A stretch of 64,000 nt of DNA from an uncultured Spirochaetota bacterium (GTDB lineage: Bacteria; Spirochaetota; Spirochaetia; SZUA-6; Fen-1364). Under the pieces are notes generated by a model, which saw only the letters and a list, made by a program, of their open reading frames with translations, was not told the DNA's origin and searched no databases. The DNA is taken from contig CAWJSK010000003.1 of assembly GCA_963845535.1 (NCBI GenBank), positions 64,001 to 128,000 on the forward strand, read 5' to 3'. Positions 18,539 to 26,846 of the stretch are shown here, piece by piece (position 1 is the stretch's first letter; each line of letters starts with the position of its first letter). Made by a program: the position numbers and the translations under genes.

Positions 18539-19087
18539 ATGCCAGGCGAACTGCCGGAAGATCCTTCCGTGCGAGAGATGCTCGAATGGCTCATGTCGAC
18601 CTGGGGCATGACGAAGTCGGACCTCGCCCGGATGTTTCAGAGGACACAGTCCACCATCCATCACTGGCTCACCACGGGACAGGTTTCCCACCGCAACCTG
18701 ATGAAGATACGTTCGAGCTACTACTTCCTTCATGACGCGCGGGACCCGCACTCCAACGAAAGGAAATGCGAGCGGTGCGGAAAGTGGCTCTCGCAAAGCG
18801 AGTTCCGCAGGGGAAAGGCAATCTGCCACGCATGCGAGAACTCGAGGACCCTGCAGTACTACTGGTCTCACCGCGAGGAGCAGCTTTCCAAGCGCAAGGC
18901 CAAGAACTGGTACAACCGCAAGAGCGTCAAGTCCTCTCTGACAGTCGTCGTGTCAAGACAGTCGTCGCTGCTCGACACGGGGCAGCCGGAACAGGATTCA
19001 TCGTCACACTGGATATTCGCCCGGGAATCCATTATAGTCCGGCCAAGGATTCACACATGCATAAGGCAGCTTTTTTGTGCGTTGTAG
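18539..19087 (+). CDS. Cro/XRE-type helix-turn-helix protein with a C4 zinc ribbon
   Basis: MTKSDLARMFQRTQSTIHHW is an HTH; CERC...CHAC follows. TATAAT at 18514-18519 and GAGGAGAGG RBS lie upstream. The last ~50 codons look non-coding and overlap the next gene. Confidence 0.65.
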   Translation: MPGELPEDPSVREMLEWLMSTWGMTKSDLARMFQRTQSTIHHWLTTGQVSHRNLMKIRSSYYFLHDARDPHSNERKCERCGKWLSQSEFRRGKAICHACENSRTLQYYWSHREEQLSKRKAKNWYNRKSVKSSLTVVVSRQSSLLDTGQPEQDSSSHWIFARESIIVRPRIHTCIRQLFCAL

Positions 19088-19671
19088 CAGCAGTGGCCCT
19101 CAGCTCATGCGTGGGGATTGACAGCCGCCTCACCATCCGCAACAACGGTTCAGGAGTCCTCGACCTGACCTACCGGGTATCCCAGCTCGTGGTGAACCTC
19201 GGGAATCCCGTTGACGGCAAGGGAGTCATTCCGCTCCCGCTTTCGAAATCCGATTTCGAAAGATCCCTGGCGGCAACCCAGGGCAAGGTTCGTTTGACCA
19301 GTTTCGACAGGTCCGAAGATCAGAAAGACATCACCATCCGGGCACAGCTTGCGTTCGATTCCCTGGACGCCCTTGCTCAGGTTGATGCCTTCCAGAGCGC
19401 CCAGATCCACGTTACAAGCGACGGCGGGAACCACACCTTTTCAGAGCTGATTGCCAAGGCGCCGAGTGAACCCGTAACGGATGATTCCCTGCGCATGGTT
19501 GATGCGTTTTTCGGAGGGTATGACCTGGCGTTCACAGTGGAAGCGCCGCAGCCGTTGAAGTCGAACACCCTCGGGACGCTTTCCGCTGACAAGCGCGTTC
19601 TGACGTACAAGACAACCGTCGGCGACATCATGAGAGCCAAGAACGACATCGTCTTATCGATGAGCTGGTAG
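19057..19671 (+). CDS. Lipoprotein, hypothetical
   Basis: MHKAAFLCVVAAVALSS-C lipobox. Start moved from the track's 18766. Confidence 0.8.
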   Translation: MHKAAFLCVVAAVALSSCVGIDSRLTIRNNGSGVLDLTYRVSQLVVNLGNPVDGKGVIPLPLSKSDFERSLAATQGKVRLTSFDRSEDQKDITIRAQLAFDSLDALAQVDAFQSAQIHVTSDGGNHTFSELIAKAPSEPVTDDSLRMVDAFFGGYDLAFTVEAPQPLKSNTLGTLSADKRVLTYKTTVGDIMRAKNDIVLSMSW

Positions 19672-19778
19672 GGGATTGTGCTTCGGTCGGACCTTGGAAA
19701 CGAACCTTAGAAATGAACGGTGATAAAGTAATTTCAAAGCATGTCAACTTTAGTAGCCAAATGCGAAAGCTTTTGGAC

Positions 19779-20690
19779 ATGAGGCTTCTGACGGCAGCCA
19801 TTGTCTTTTCATTTCTTGGCTTGAGAGCATTTGGTCAAATCTCGCAAGGAACCTCCCAGGATTGGATACTCTATGAAAAAGCCAACGCCATGTTTGCGCA
19901 GCGAGAGTTCGGGCAGGCCTTGCAGCTTTATAAAGAAGCAATTTCTTCCGCTGGAATCTTCCCCGAAGCGGAGATGGGAGTAGGGGATGTGCTTTTTGAG
20001 GAGGGCGAGTTTCAATTAGCAAGAGATCAGTACGAAAAAGCATACGAGTTAAGGAATGCCTTTAGGATACCTGAGACGCAATACGAGCTGCTCTACAAGC
20101 TCGCTGATCTCTTTCAAAGCAAGGAAATGTATAGCCAGATGGAAGACTCCCTTCTCAAGATAGAGGTTGATGATAAGAAGTTCTCGGATTCCGACAGCGC
20201 CAGGCTGAAAGCGCAAATCTTGAAGAATTACAAGGCGAAGGGTATTGACCATACGCTGTTTCTCTACCAGTTCGACGTGCCATTTTCCCAGGCAGCTCAC
20301 TCGAGGCTGGGGTGGTTCTATTACCGATCCGGACTTTATGAGCAGGCTGCTCAGGAGCTTCTTTTTTCCGTGATCTACAGCTCAACGGAGATGAACGCGA
20401 CTCTCCATGATATGGACGTTGACTATGAGTTCACCAACCTCGCTGACATGCTGACGGCTGTTCAGGCCCACAAGGAAGTCTCGTCGTTTGCCTCCAACGG
20501 CAGCTTCTTCAAGGACCTGTATTACCTGGCGGGAGCATCGTATGCGGCCGGGTTCCCGGCGCATTCAACGCAGCTCTGGAAGTTGCTCTCGACGTCGAGG
20601 CTGGCCGGAACGTATGCGGCGTTGTCGGTGCGCCAGCTAAAAAACCCCTGGATGGAAAAAGTGTTGGGCGCTGGTCGGGGCGGGAACTAG
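19779..20690 (+). CDS. Secreted TPR-containing protein
   Basis: Signal peptide MRLLTAAIVFSFLGLRAFG and TPR-like helices. Start uncertain (19713, 19761 or 19779). Confidence 0.75.
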   Translation: MRLLTAAIVFSFLGLRAFGQISQGTSQDWILYEKANAMFAQREFGQALQLYKEAISSAGIFPEAEMGVGDVLFEEGEFQLARDQYEKAYELRNAFRIPETQYELLYKLADLFQSKEMYSQMEDSLLKIEVDDKKFSDSDSARLKAQILKNYKAKGIDHTLFLYQFDVPFSQAAHSRLGWFYYRSGLYEQAAQELLFSVIYSSTEMNATLHDMDVDYEFTNLADMLTAVQAHKEVSSFASNGSFFKDLYYLAGASYAAGFPAHSTQLWKLLSTSRLAGTYAALSVRQLKNPWMEKVLGAGRGGN

Positions 20691-20869
20691 GGGACCAAAT
20701 CCAGACGCAACATAAGCGAGTCGGTAGGTGGACGATGGCCATATTGTATGAGCGCTTAGTAGACAGAATATCTATTATCGGAAGTAATAAGAATTGTGAT
20801 TTGCAATTAAGAAAACGCTCAAGGAAGCGCGGGCAGCCCTTCACGGCACCGCAGGTCTTGTCGAGCGCA

Positions 20870-21262
20870 TCAACGAGAGCGCTTCTTTGGTACCGCCTTG
20901 GCAGCAGTCTTCCTTTTTTGAGCCTTTGGGGCTAACGTGCGGACGTACGCAGCCGCCTCGACTGCCACTCCCCGTATGGCCTCTTCCTGGCGATAGAGTG
21001 CTTCAGGAATGACAAAATACTCCTTCATGGGTCTTCCCGGCATCGGTTCGAGCGGAGATATCATCGGATGCCTCGGGGTCAGGTCCGCGACTTGCGCTGC
21101 AGAGAGCCTTATGAAAAGAGAGCTCTGGAAAAGCCCGGCAAACATGTTGCCGTTGATGAAGTATGCGGGGTATCCGAACATTGGCCTCTTCTGACAGTCA
21201 ATCCCCGCCATGACCCTTTCAATCAAGACCTTGAGCTCCTCAGGAGCCTTCTGCCACTTCAT
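20870..21262 (-). CDS. TfoX/Sxy N-terminal domain family protein
   Basis: KRPMFGYPAYFINGNMFAGLF...PMPGRPMKEYFVIP pattern; GGGGGAAAGG upstream. Confidence 0.85.
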   Translation of the reverse strand: MKWQKAPEELKVLIERVMAGIDCQKRPMFGYPAYFINGNMFAGLFQSSLFIRLSAAQVADLTPRHPMISPLEPMPGRPMKEYFVIPEALYRQEEAIRGVAVEAAAYVRTLAPKAQKRKTAAKAVPKKRSR

Positions 21263-21330
21263 GACCTTTCCCCCGCATATGCGTGAATGCTGCCTGAAAC
21301 CGGCAAGCCTTGTGTTATAATAATGCCTAC

Positions 21331-22488
21331 ATGGAAAGGTTGACGACTCGAAACAACGCGGTGCGAGCGGCGGTCATCGCTGCGGCAATGCTGCTTGTCG
21401 CTGTCGGCGCAAGCGCACAAATGGAAGCCCCCGAGGGCATATTCACCCTGACAAACTTCGGCGTTCGAACGTATTGGTGGGGCATCGTCCCGACCGGAGG
21501 GGATTTCTCCGTCCTCTACAACGGGTTCAAGATCATTCCGGGCCTCGATACTATCATCGAGGATGATCTTGGCGCCGGGTACGAGACGGACAACTACTAC
21601 CGCTACCCCAACGGCAGTTTGTATTCCGGACCCTCGGGGGATGGCTCGTCGGTCCTTTTCGACAGGCTTGAAATCGTCGAAGGACTTGGAATCAGGCAGG
21701 GCATCCTCTGGGACCAGAGCCGCAAGCGAAATCTGGTCGAAGGCTTCCTTTTCTACAGGCTTCACTACGACAAGAGCTACGCTGGCGCGGGCTCTCTCCT
21801 TGCTCAGTCGGGCGTTCCAGATCGCGGCCAGATCTTGAGCAACTCCCTGATGGCAGGCGTCTCAGCGAGCACGCTCGTGAAGGACAATGTTCACAAGACG
21901 TGGGACGGGCTGTACGGAGAGGCATCCGTGCAATGGGGCCCGTCGTTCTTCTTCAACAGCATTGGGAATGCTGACTTCTACAGGTTGAACACGACTCTCA
22001 AGGGCTTCCGAACGCTGTATGCCTCCCCCACCACCGGAGATTCGAACTTTTTCAGCATCTACGTGGGGGATTTCATTTCCGTGGATTACACGGGCGGCGG
22101 CTCAATTCCATATTATGTCCAGGAGAGCACGGGCGGCCTGGATCCACGGGCTACAACCGATGATTGGGTCCGTGGCTTTGAGACCGGTTCGTACGGCACC
22201 ACCTTCAAGGCGGTCAACAATTTCGACATTCGCTTTCAGGGGCCCGCGGTCATATGGCCCTCCGTGGTCCCCGGGTTGTACGCTTTCACCGACGCAGGGT
22301 ATTACAACGGATTTGCCGGTGATCCCGCCAACACGCCGGGAGGCTTCCTGGCCTCCGCTGGCGTCGGCGGTTATCTCGACTTTTTCGATCTGACGAACGT
22401 GACCGGCTACCTTGCTTTTCCTTTGTACGGCCACCGCATCGACAACGCGTCCTGGGCCATCAGCTTCCACTTCCACCTTGACTTCTGA
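21331..22488 (+). CDS. Omp85/BamA-TamA-like outer-membrane beta-barrel with no evident POTRA domains
   Basis: Signal peptide, amphipathic strands, loop motif WVRGFE, and terminal strand ISFHFHLDF ending in Phe. Extended -10 TGTTATAAT at 21313-21321. Confidence 0.7.
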   Translation: MERLTTRNNAVRAAVIAAAMLLVAVGASAQMEAPEGIFTLTNFGVRTYWWGIVPTGGDFSVLYNGFKIIPGLDTIIEDDLGAGYETDNYYRYPNGSLYSGPSGDGSSVLFDRLEIVEGLGIRQGILWDQSRKRNLVEGFLFYRLHYDKSYAGAGSLLAQSGVPDRGQILSNSLMAGVSASTLVKDNVHKTWDGLYGEASVQWGPSFFFNSIGNADFYRLNTTLKGFRTLYASPTTGDSNFFSIYVGDFISVDYTGGGSIPYYVQESTGGLDPRATTDDWVRGFETGSYGTTFKAVNNFDIRFQGPAVIWPSVVPGLYAFTDAGYYNGFAGDPANTPGGFLASAGVGGYLDFFDLTNVTGYLAFPLYGHRIDNASWAISFHFHLDF

Positions 22489-22541
22489 AAGGCGGCGCCT
22501 CGCGTTCAAGATCACGCGCGCGGATCAGCACAAATGGCGGA

Positions 22542-23420
22542 TCAAAACAGGAGGAGCTTCACCGCCATTGCCGCTCCAAAGACCGCGCAGTAAATGGCAA
22601 AAGGCGTGAGCTTCCGGTCGCGGAAATAACGGTCGAGGAAGCGCACGGCAAAATAGGCGGCAATTCCGGCGCAGATGCTCCCCACCGCAATCTGGGAGCG
22701 CACACCGTTCCCGTTAGGCCCGAGCAGGTCAGGCACCTTGTAGACTCCGGCCGCCAGGATGATCGGCGTGGCAAGGAGGAACGAGAAACGCGCGGCGTCC
22801 TGGTGATCGAGGCCGCGCACCAGTCCTCCGATCATGGTTATTCCTGAACGACTTATTCCCGCAAAGAGCGCGAGCACTTGCGACACACCGATGATGCCGG
22901 CGTCGCGATACTTCATGATTCTGAGGTTCTGCGCGGTCGCTTCAAGACTGCTGTCGGTTCGAGCGCGCTCAGGACGTCGCCTCAAGATTTCCGCAAGCAA
23001 CAGGACTCCGCCGTTGAGCACCATGAAGACCGCGGCCGCGAGGGGTTTTGCAAAGAGGGTGCGCAAAGAGTGCTCGAAGACGACCCCCACGAGCCCCGCC
23101 GGTATGGTCGCGACAATCAGGAGCCACGCAAGGCGTTCGTCGGGGGTGGTCGCCTTGCCCTTTCTGATTGAGGTGAAGAAACCCACGATGATTCTGCCCC
23201 ACTCCTCCCGGTAGAAGATGAGGAGCGCAAGGGCGGTGGCTACGTGCAGACCGACGAGGAAGGCAAGGAAAAACGATTCGCTGTCGGATTGGGCGCGGAC
23301 CAGGTTGTCCCAGCCGAAAAGGGTTGGAAAGAGCACTGAATGACCGAGGCTCGAGACGGGGAAAAGCTCGCTTACCCCCTGCAAGAGCCCCATGACGACC
23401 GCCTGGAAATAGCTCAACAT
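22542..23420 (-). CDS. uppP: Undecaprenyl-diphosphate phosphatase
   Basis: GLLQGVSELFPVSSLGH, GISRSGIT and AARFSFLLA. Confidence 0.95.
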   Translation of the reverse strand: MLSYFQAVVMGLLQGVSELFPVSSLGHSVLFPTLFGWDNLVRAQSDSESFFLAFLVGLHVATALALLIFYREEWGRIIVGFFTSIRKGKATTPDERLAWLLIVATIPAGLVGVVFEHSLRTLFAKPLAAAVFMVLNGGVLLLAEILRRRPERARTDSSLEATAQNLRIMKYRDAGIIGVSQVLALFAGISRSGITMIGGLVRGLDHQDAARFSFLLATPIILAAGVYKVPDLLGPNGNGVRSQIAVGSICAGIAAYFAVRFLDRYFRDRKLTPFAIYCAVFGAAMAVKLLLF

Positions 23421-23430
23421 GTGTCATGTC

Positions 23431-24219
23431 CTACTTGTTGACGTTGTCCGCAAACCACGAAACGAGCGCGCGCATTCGGTAGTAGAAAGACTTCTCTTTC
23501 GATTTTTCCAGCCCCAAGAAGTGGCCCGTCTTTACCGCGGTCAAGCCGTAAAGGACAAGTTTGTCCTGGCAGGGAACGACGTAGAAATACGTATGGAGAT
23601 TGCCGGGATCAACGAGAGTGAAGATGAGATACTTCATGCTTGTGAGGTTGGTCACGTTGACGGCGAAGGTGTCGTTTTGCTCGTCATAGTCGAAATGGAA
23701 CTTTGCGTAGGAGTCGCCCGTCTGCTCCTCCTTCTCATAGACGACGTAATCGGCTTGAGGGGGAACAGTCGTGACCGCAACGTCGGGGAGCCGCTTCTTG
23801 TTGTCAGAGGCATCAACGAGAGAGGCATCGAAAAGAAAGGTCTCCAGATGTCCCTGGGAGACAGAATATACCTGAATGCCCTTGAGAGTGGAAAATGCCG
23901 TGAAAGTGTTGAAGACCTTTGCATCAAGGCTCTGCGGATCCAGGTCTGGCTTGTCGATGAGAAAGAAGCCCTCCGCAACTATGGTGCTATCGAAACCCTG
24001 GAGCGCCCCTCGTATGGCGTCGGCCATGGGGCTCTTCTGCCAGAGGGGAAGATCTTTGATGTTTCCCGCGATGTTGGTGACCTCCCCATTGGCATAGAGC
24101 TTGTTCAACTCCTCCGGGGGAAGGAAACTGAGATAGTCTTTGGAGACTTTTGGGATGTCTTGTGCTATCACTGGCAAGGCTACTACGCACAACAATGCTG
24201 CGAGGACCATTCTCTTCAT
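23431..24219 (-). CDS. Secreted spirochaete protein (possibly DUF6675 family)
   Basis: Signal peptide, AAGGAG RBS, STLKGIQVYSVS and KSFYYRMRALVSWF. The family name is from recall only. Confidence 0.65.
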   Translation of the reverse strand: MKRMVLAALLCVVALPVIAQDIPKVSKDYLSFLPPEELNKLYANGEVTNIAGNIKDLPLWQKSPMADAIRGALQGFDSTIVAEGFFLIDKPDLDPQSLDAKVFNTFTAFSTLKGIQVYSVSQGHLETFLFDASLVDASDNKKRLPDVAVTTVPPQADYVVYEKEEQTGDSYAKFHFDYDEQNDTFAVNVTNLTSMKYLIFTLVDPGNLHTYFYVVPCQDKLVLYGLTAVKTGHFLGLEKSKEKSFYYRMRALVSWFADNVNK

Positions 24220-24270
24220 CTACATGCTCCTTCTCGTCATCAGATACAACACTTTGCGCCTTTTATTCAA

Positions 24271-25197
24271 TCACTGAACAGATACGCTTTTCACACTATT
24301 ACTGGCAAGGCCCTGCGATGTCGTGTAATTGCTCCATGAGGCACCGCTGTCGAGAGACACCCACACTCCGGAGCCGGTGGCCGCGTAGATATCCGTCCCT
24401 GAAACGTAGACGCTGTAAACCACGGTGCCCGAGAGGTAGGTGGTCCACGTCGTTCCGTTGTAAACCGACAGTCCCGCGTTGGTGGCGGCGTAGATGACCC
24501 CGCCGTAGACAAAGACGCCGTTGACGGTGTTGCCGGCAAGGCCGCTTGTCGTGTTGTATATCGTCATCCATGCCGGCAGTGACGCGTTGGGCGTTTCGGC
24601 CAACCCTTGATCTGTGCCTGCGTAAACATTAGTCCCGTCATCAAAAACACAAAGCACGTTCGTGCTCGGGAGACCAGCGGTGTATGCGCTCCAGGCCGAG
24701 CCACCACTATTGGAAATGGACAGGCCGGCGCTTGTGGCTGCGTAAATGTTCGTACCGTCAAAGTAAATACCTTGAACATTGCTCGAACCGGTGCCGAGAC
24801 TCGAATACGTCGTCCAAGTACCGTTGTAAATCGAGACTCCCGCGCTCGTGGCCGCATAGACATTGGTTGATACAAAAACATCATTTATCTGAACACTGGG
24901 GAGCATGGTAGTCCACGTTGCCCCGTCAGTGGAAAGAAAAAGCCCAGTATTCGTGCCGGCGTACAGGGACACATAGCTGCCAGAGGACACGGCGACAATG
25001 CTGTTGACGTTGGCCAACGAGCCGATTGTCGACCAGGAAGAGCCGCCTGTCAGGGAAACGGAGACTCCGGCCGCGGTTGCAGCATAAATGTCAATTGCGG
25101 AAGGGCCGCCTACTCCCGGCAAGGCGGCAGGGTTGCAGCCAGCCAGGGAAAGGGCAAGGCACGCGAGCCCGGCAGTTGACAGAGCATGGATCATCAC
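24271..25197 (-). CDS. Beta-propeller repeat lipoprotein
   Basis: LSLAG-C lipobox and about 7 repeats of (I/V/L)YA(A/G)TxxG(L/V)...W. Confidence 0.8.
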   Translation of the reverse strand: MMIHALSTAGLACLALSLAGCNPAALPGVGGPSAIDIYAATAAGVSVSLTGGSSWSTIGSLANVNSIVAVSSGSYVSLYAGTNTGLFLSTDGATWTTMLPSVQINDVFVSTNVYAATSAGVSIYNGTWTTYSSLGTGSSNVQGIYFDGTNIYAATSAGLSISNSGGSAWSAYTAGLPSTNVLCVFDDGTNVYAGTDQGLAETPNASLPAWMTIYNTTSGLAGNTVNGVFVYGGVIYAATNAGLSVYNGTTWTTYLSGTVVYSVYVSGTDIYAATGSGVWVSLDSGASWSNYTTSQGLASNSVKSVSVQ

Positions 25198-25215
25198 GGA
25201 GAATCGCCTTGCAGA

Positions 25216-25569
25216 ATGGCAGCTCTTGGAAAAACAGCGGTGGCCATCATGGCCGCTTTCCTCGTCTCGTGTCAGCTCCTTTTCCAGACGCAGGTCAGCT
25301 TCCAGAACAGCACCTCTTCCTATACTTTCCTGGAAATCAAGCTGGGGTCCATCGATTACACGTCCACGCTGTCCCCGGGCCAGCAGACGTCGTTCTTTCC
25401 CGTTGGCCAGGGTCTGTACACGCTCTATACGAGGGGAATCGACGGCGTGCTCTATGCGTGGCCCGTAAAGCAGTCGATTGCCGGCGGTTACAGCTATACG
25501 ATAATCTTCGCCGTGAACAGCACGACAAACAGCCTCTCCTATACGACCTACGTTGCGCTGGAAAAGTAG
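25216..25569 (+). CDS. Small lipoprotein, hypothetical
   Basis: MAALGKTAVAIMAAFLVS-C lipobox and a beta-rich mature part. TTGACA-N17-GAGAAT at 25176-25204. Confidence 0.7.
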   Translation: MAALGKTAVAIMAAFLVSCQLLFQTQVSFQNSTSSYTFLEIKLGSIDYTSTLSPGQQTSFFPVGQGLYTLYTRGIDGVLYAWPVKQSIAGGYSYTIIFAVNSTTNSLSYTTYVALEK

Positions 25570-25587
25570 CTGGCGTTCCCGAACCCT

Positions 25588-25809
25588 TCACGGGAGCACT
25601 TCCTTCACACGGCCCACTTCGCCGGATTCGAGCCTGACCTTGATGCCATGAGGATGCGTGGGGGAGTTTGTCAGGATGTCCCGCACTACCCCCTCGGTGA
25701 GGCGGCCGGTCGGCTGGTCCTGCTTCTGGACAATGGTGACCCTGCAACCCGGGCGGATATTGGCCCGGATGCTTCCGTCAGATGCTGACGCTGAGGCAGC
25801 GGGGCTCAT
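25588..25809 (-). CDS. YwbE family protein (DUF2196)
   Basis: IVQKQDQPTGRLTEGVVRDILTNSPTHPHGIKVRLESGEVGRV. Confidence 0.9.
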   Translation of the reverse strand: MSPAASASASDGSIRANIRPGCRVTIVQKQDQPTGRLTEGVVRDILTNSPTHPHGIKVRLESGEVGRVKEVLP

Positions 25810-26084
25810 CGAGGGTAGCTCGCTTTCGAGAGAAGCCAGATCATCAGGAGGGACGTCGTCAGCGCGGAGAACACGTTAACGGAGTTGAAGTCGGAAAGGT
25901 ACTGGATGACCTTGGAAAAAATCTGGTCAATCAACCCGCCCAGGAATGAGCCGACAAGCCCGACGATGATGGCGCCCCAGAGCTTTCCCAGCACCGGCTT
26001 CTTGATCGCGAAGAAAAAGAAAACCGCTGTGGCAACTCCGATTGTCACATATGTAAGCCCGACGTTGAAATAGTAGAACCACAT
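25806..26084 (-). CDS. Small membrane protein (GlsB/YeaQ/YmgE-like)
   Basis: Three hydrophobic helices, IIVGLVGSFLGG, and an ATGA overlap with the next gene. Confidence 0.7.
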   Translation of the reverse strand: MWFYYFNVGLTYVTIGVATAVFFFFAIKKPVLGKLWGAIIVGLVGSFLGGLIDQIFSKVIQYLSDFNSVNVFSALTTSLLMIWLLSKASYPR

Positions 26085-26100
26085 CAGAAGATCCCTTTCA

Positions 26101-26817
26101 TTAAGGAAATGTTATCTGGACATACCCGAGATACGTCGCCGTTGAATACTGCACAATAGAAGTTCCGGCCTCAAATCCGTACGTGAGCGCATACAGAATG
26201 ACATATGCATAGCCCTGGCCGGAACCGACAATGGTATTGTAAACAGTCTCGTCAGTGTCATTGGCTGCATAGTCAAAATTGGGCGAGGGAATGACGCTAT
26301 TTGAGGCAAACCACCTGCTGGTAAGCGGTGGCTGCTGAGAAAACGAGATATACCTCCCGATAGGGACCGTCAACGGCCCCAGACTGGGGGAGGTATAACT
26401 GTATGTGGAAATCGCTATTGGGTTGATGGTCAACGTAACGGTAAACGAAGAGGCCGCGTCAGCTCCGGATACAGAAATCATGGGCGCGGTTCTACTAATT
26501 GGCGGCGTGTCACCAGACAGGCACATAGGAAAAAAGCCGTCTGCCTGAAGCGTTCCTGGGCCAGGCGTCCCGCCTCCCCCAAGGTTGATGTCGTTTCCGG
26601 TTGGCGTAGAAGCCGAGAATTTGTAATACACCTCGAAACCGGCCAACGTTGTCTGATTCCCCGCAAGCGTGCCAGGGTTGGTGAAAGACGCTGTGGACGT
26701 TGTGCCGACTGCCAGCGTGCCTGGTATGGGCGCGGCCAGGAAATACGGACTTGGCAGTCCGCAACCAACCTCCAGCCATACAAGCGTGGCAGCAAAGAAA
26801 ATCTTGAGCGAGCGCAC
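26101..26817 (-). CDS. Lipoprotein, hypothetical
   Basis: MRSLKIFFAATLVWLEVG-CGLP lipobox; visibly more AT-rich codons than neighbours. Confidence 0.75.
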   Translation of the reverse strand: MRSLKIFFAATLVWLEVGCGLPSPYFLAAPIPGTLAVGTTSTASFTNPGTLAGNQTTLAGFEVYYKFSASTPTGNDINLGGGGTPGPGTLQADGFFPMCLSGDTPPISRTAPMISVSGADAASSFTVTLTINPIAISTYSYTSPSLGPLTVPIGRYISFSQQPPLTSRWFASNSVIPSPNFDYAANDTDETVYNTIVGSGQGYAYVILYALTYGFEAGTSIVQYSTATYLGYVQITFP

Positions 26818-26846
26818 TTCCCTTTCCTACGCTCCCGCCCCAGATT

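Noticed and set aside
18463..26830. Prophage or integrative element at the guaA 3' end
   Set aside because: No integrase, transposase, structural genes or duplicated guaA end seen.
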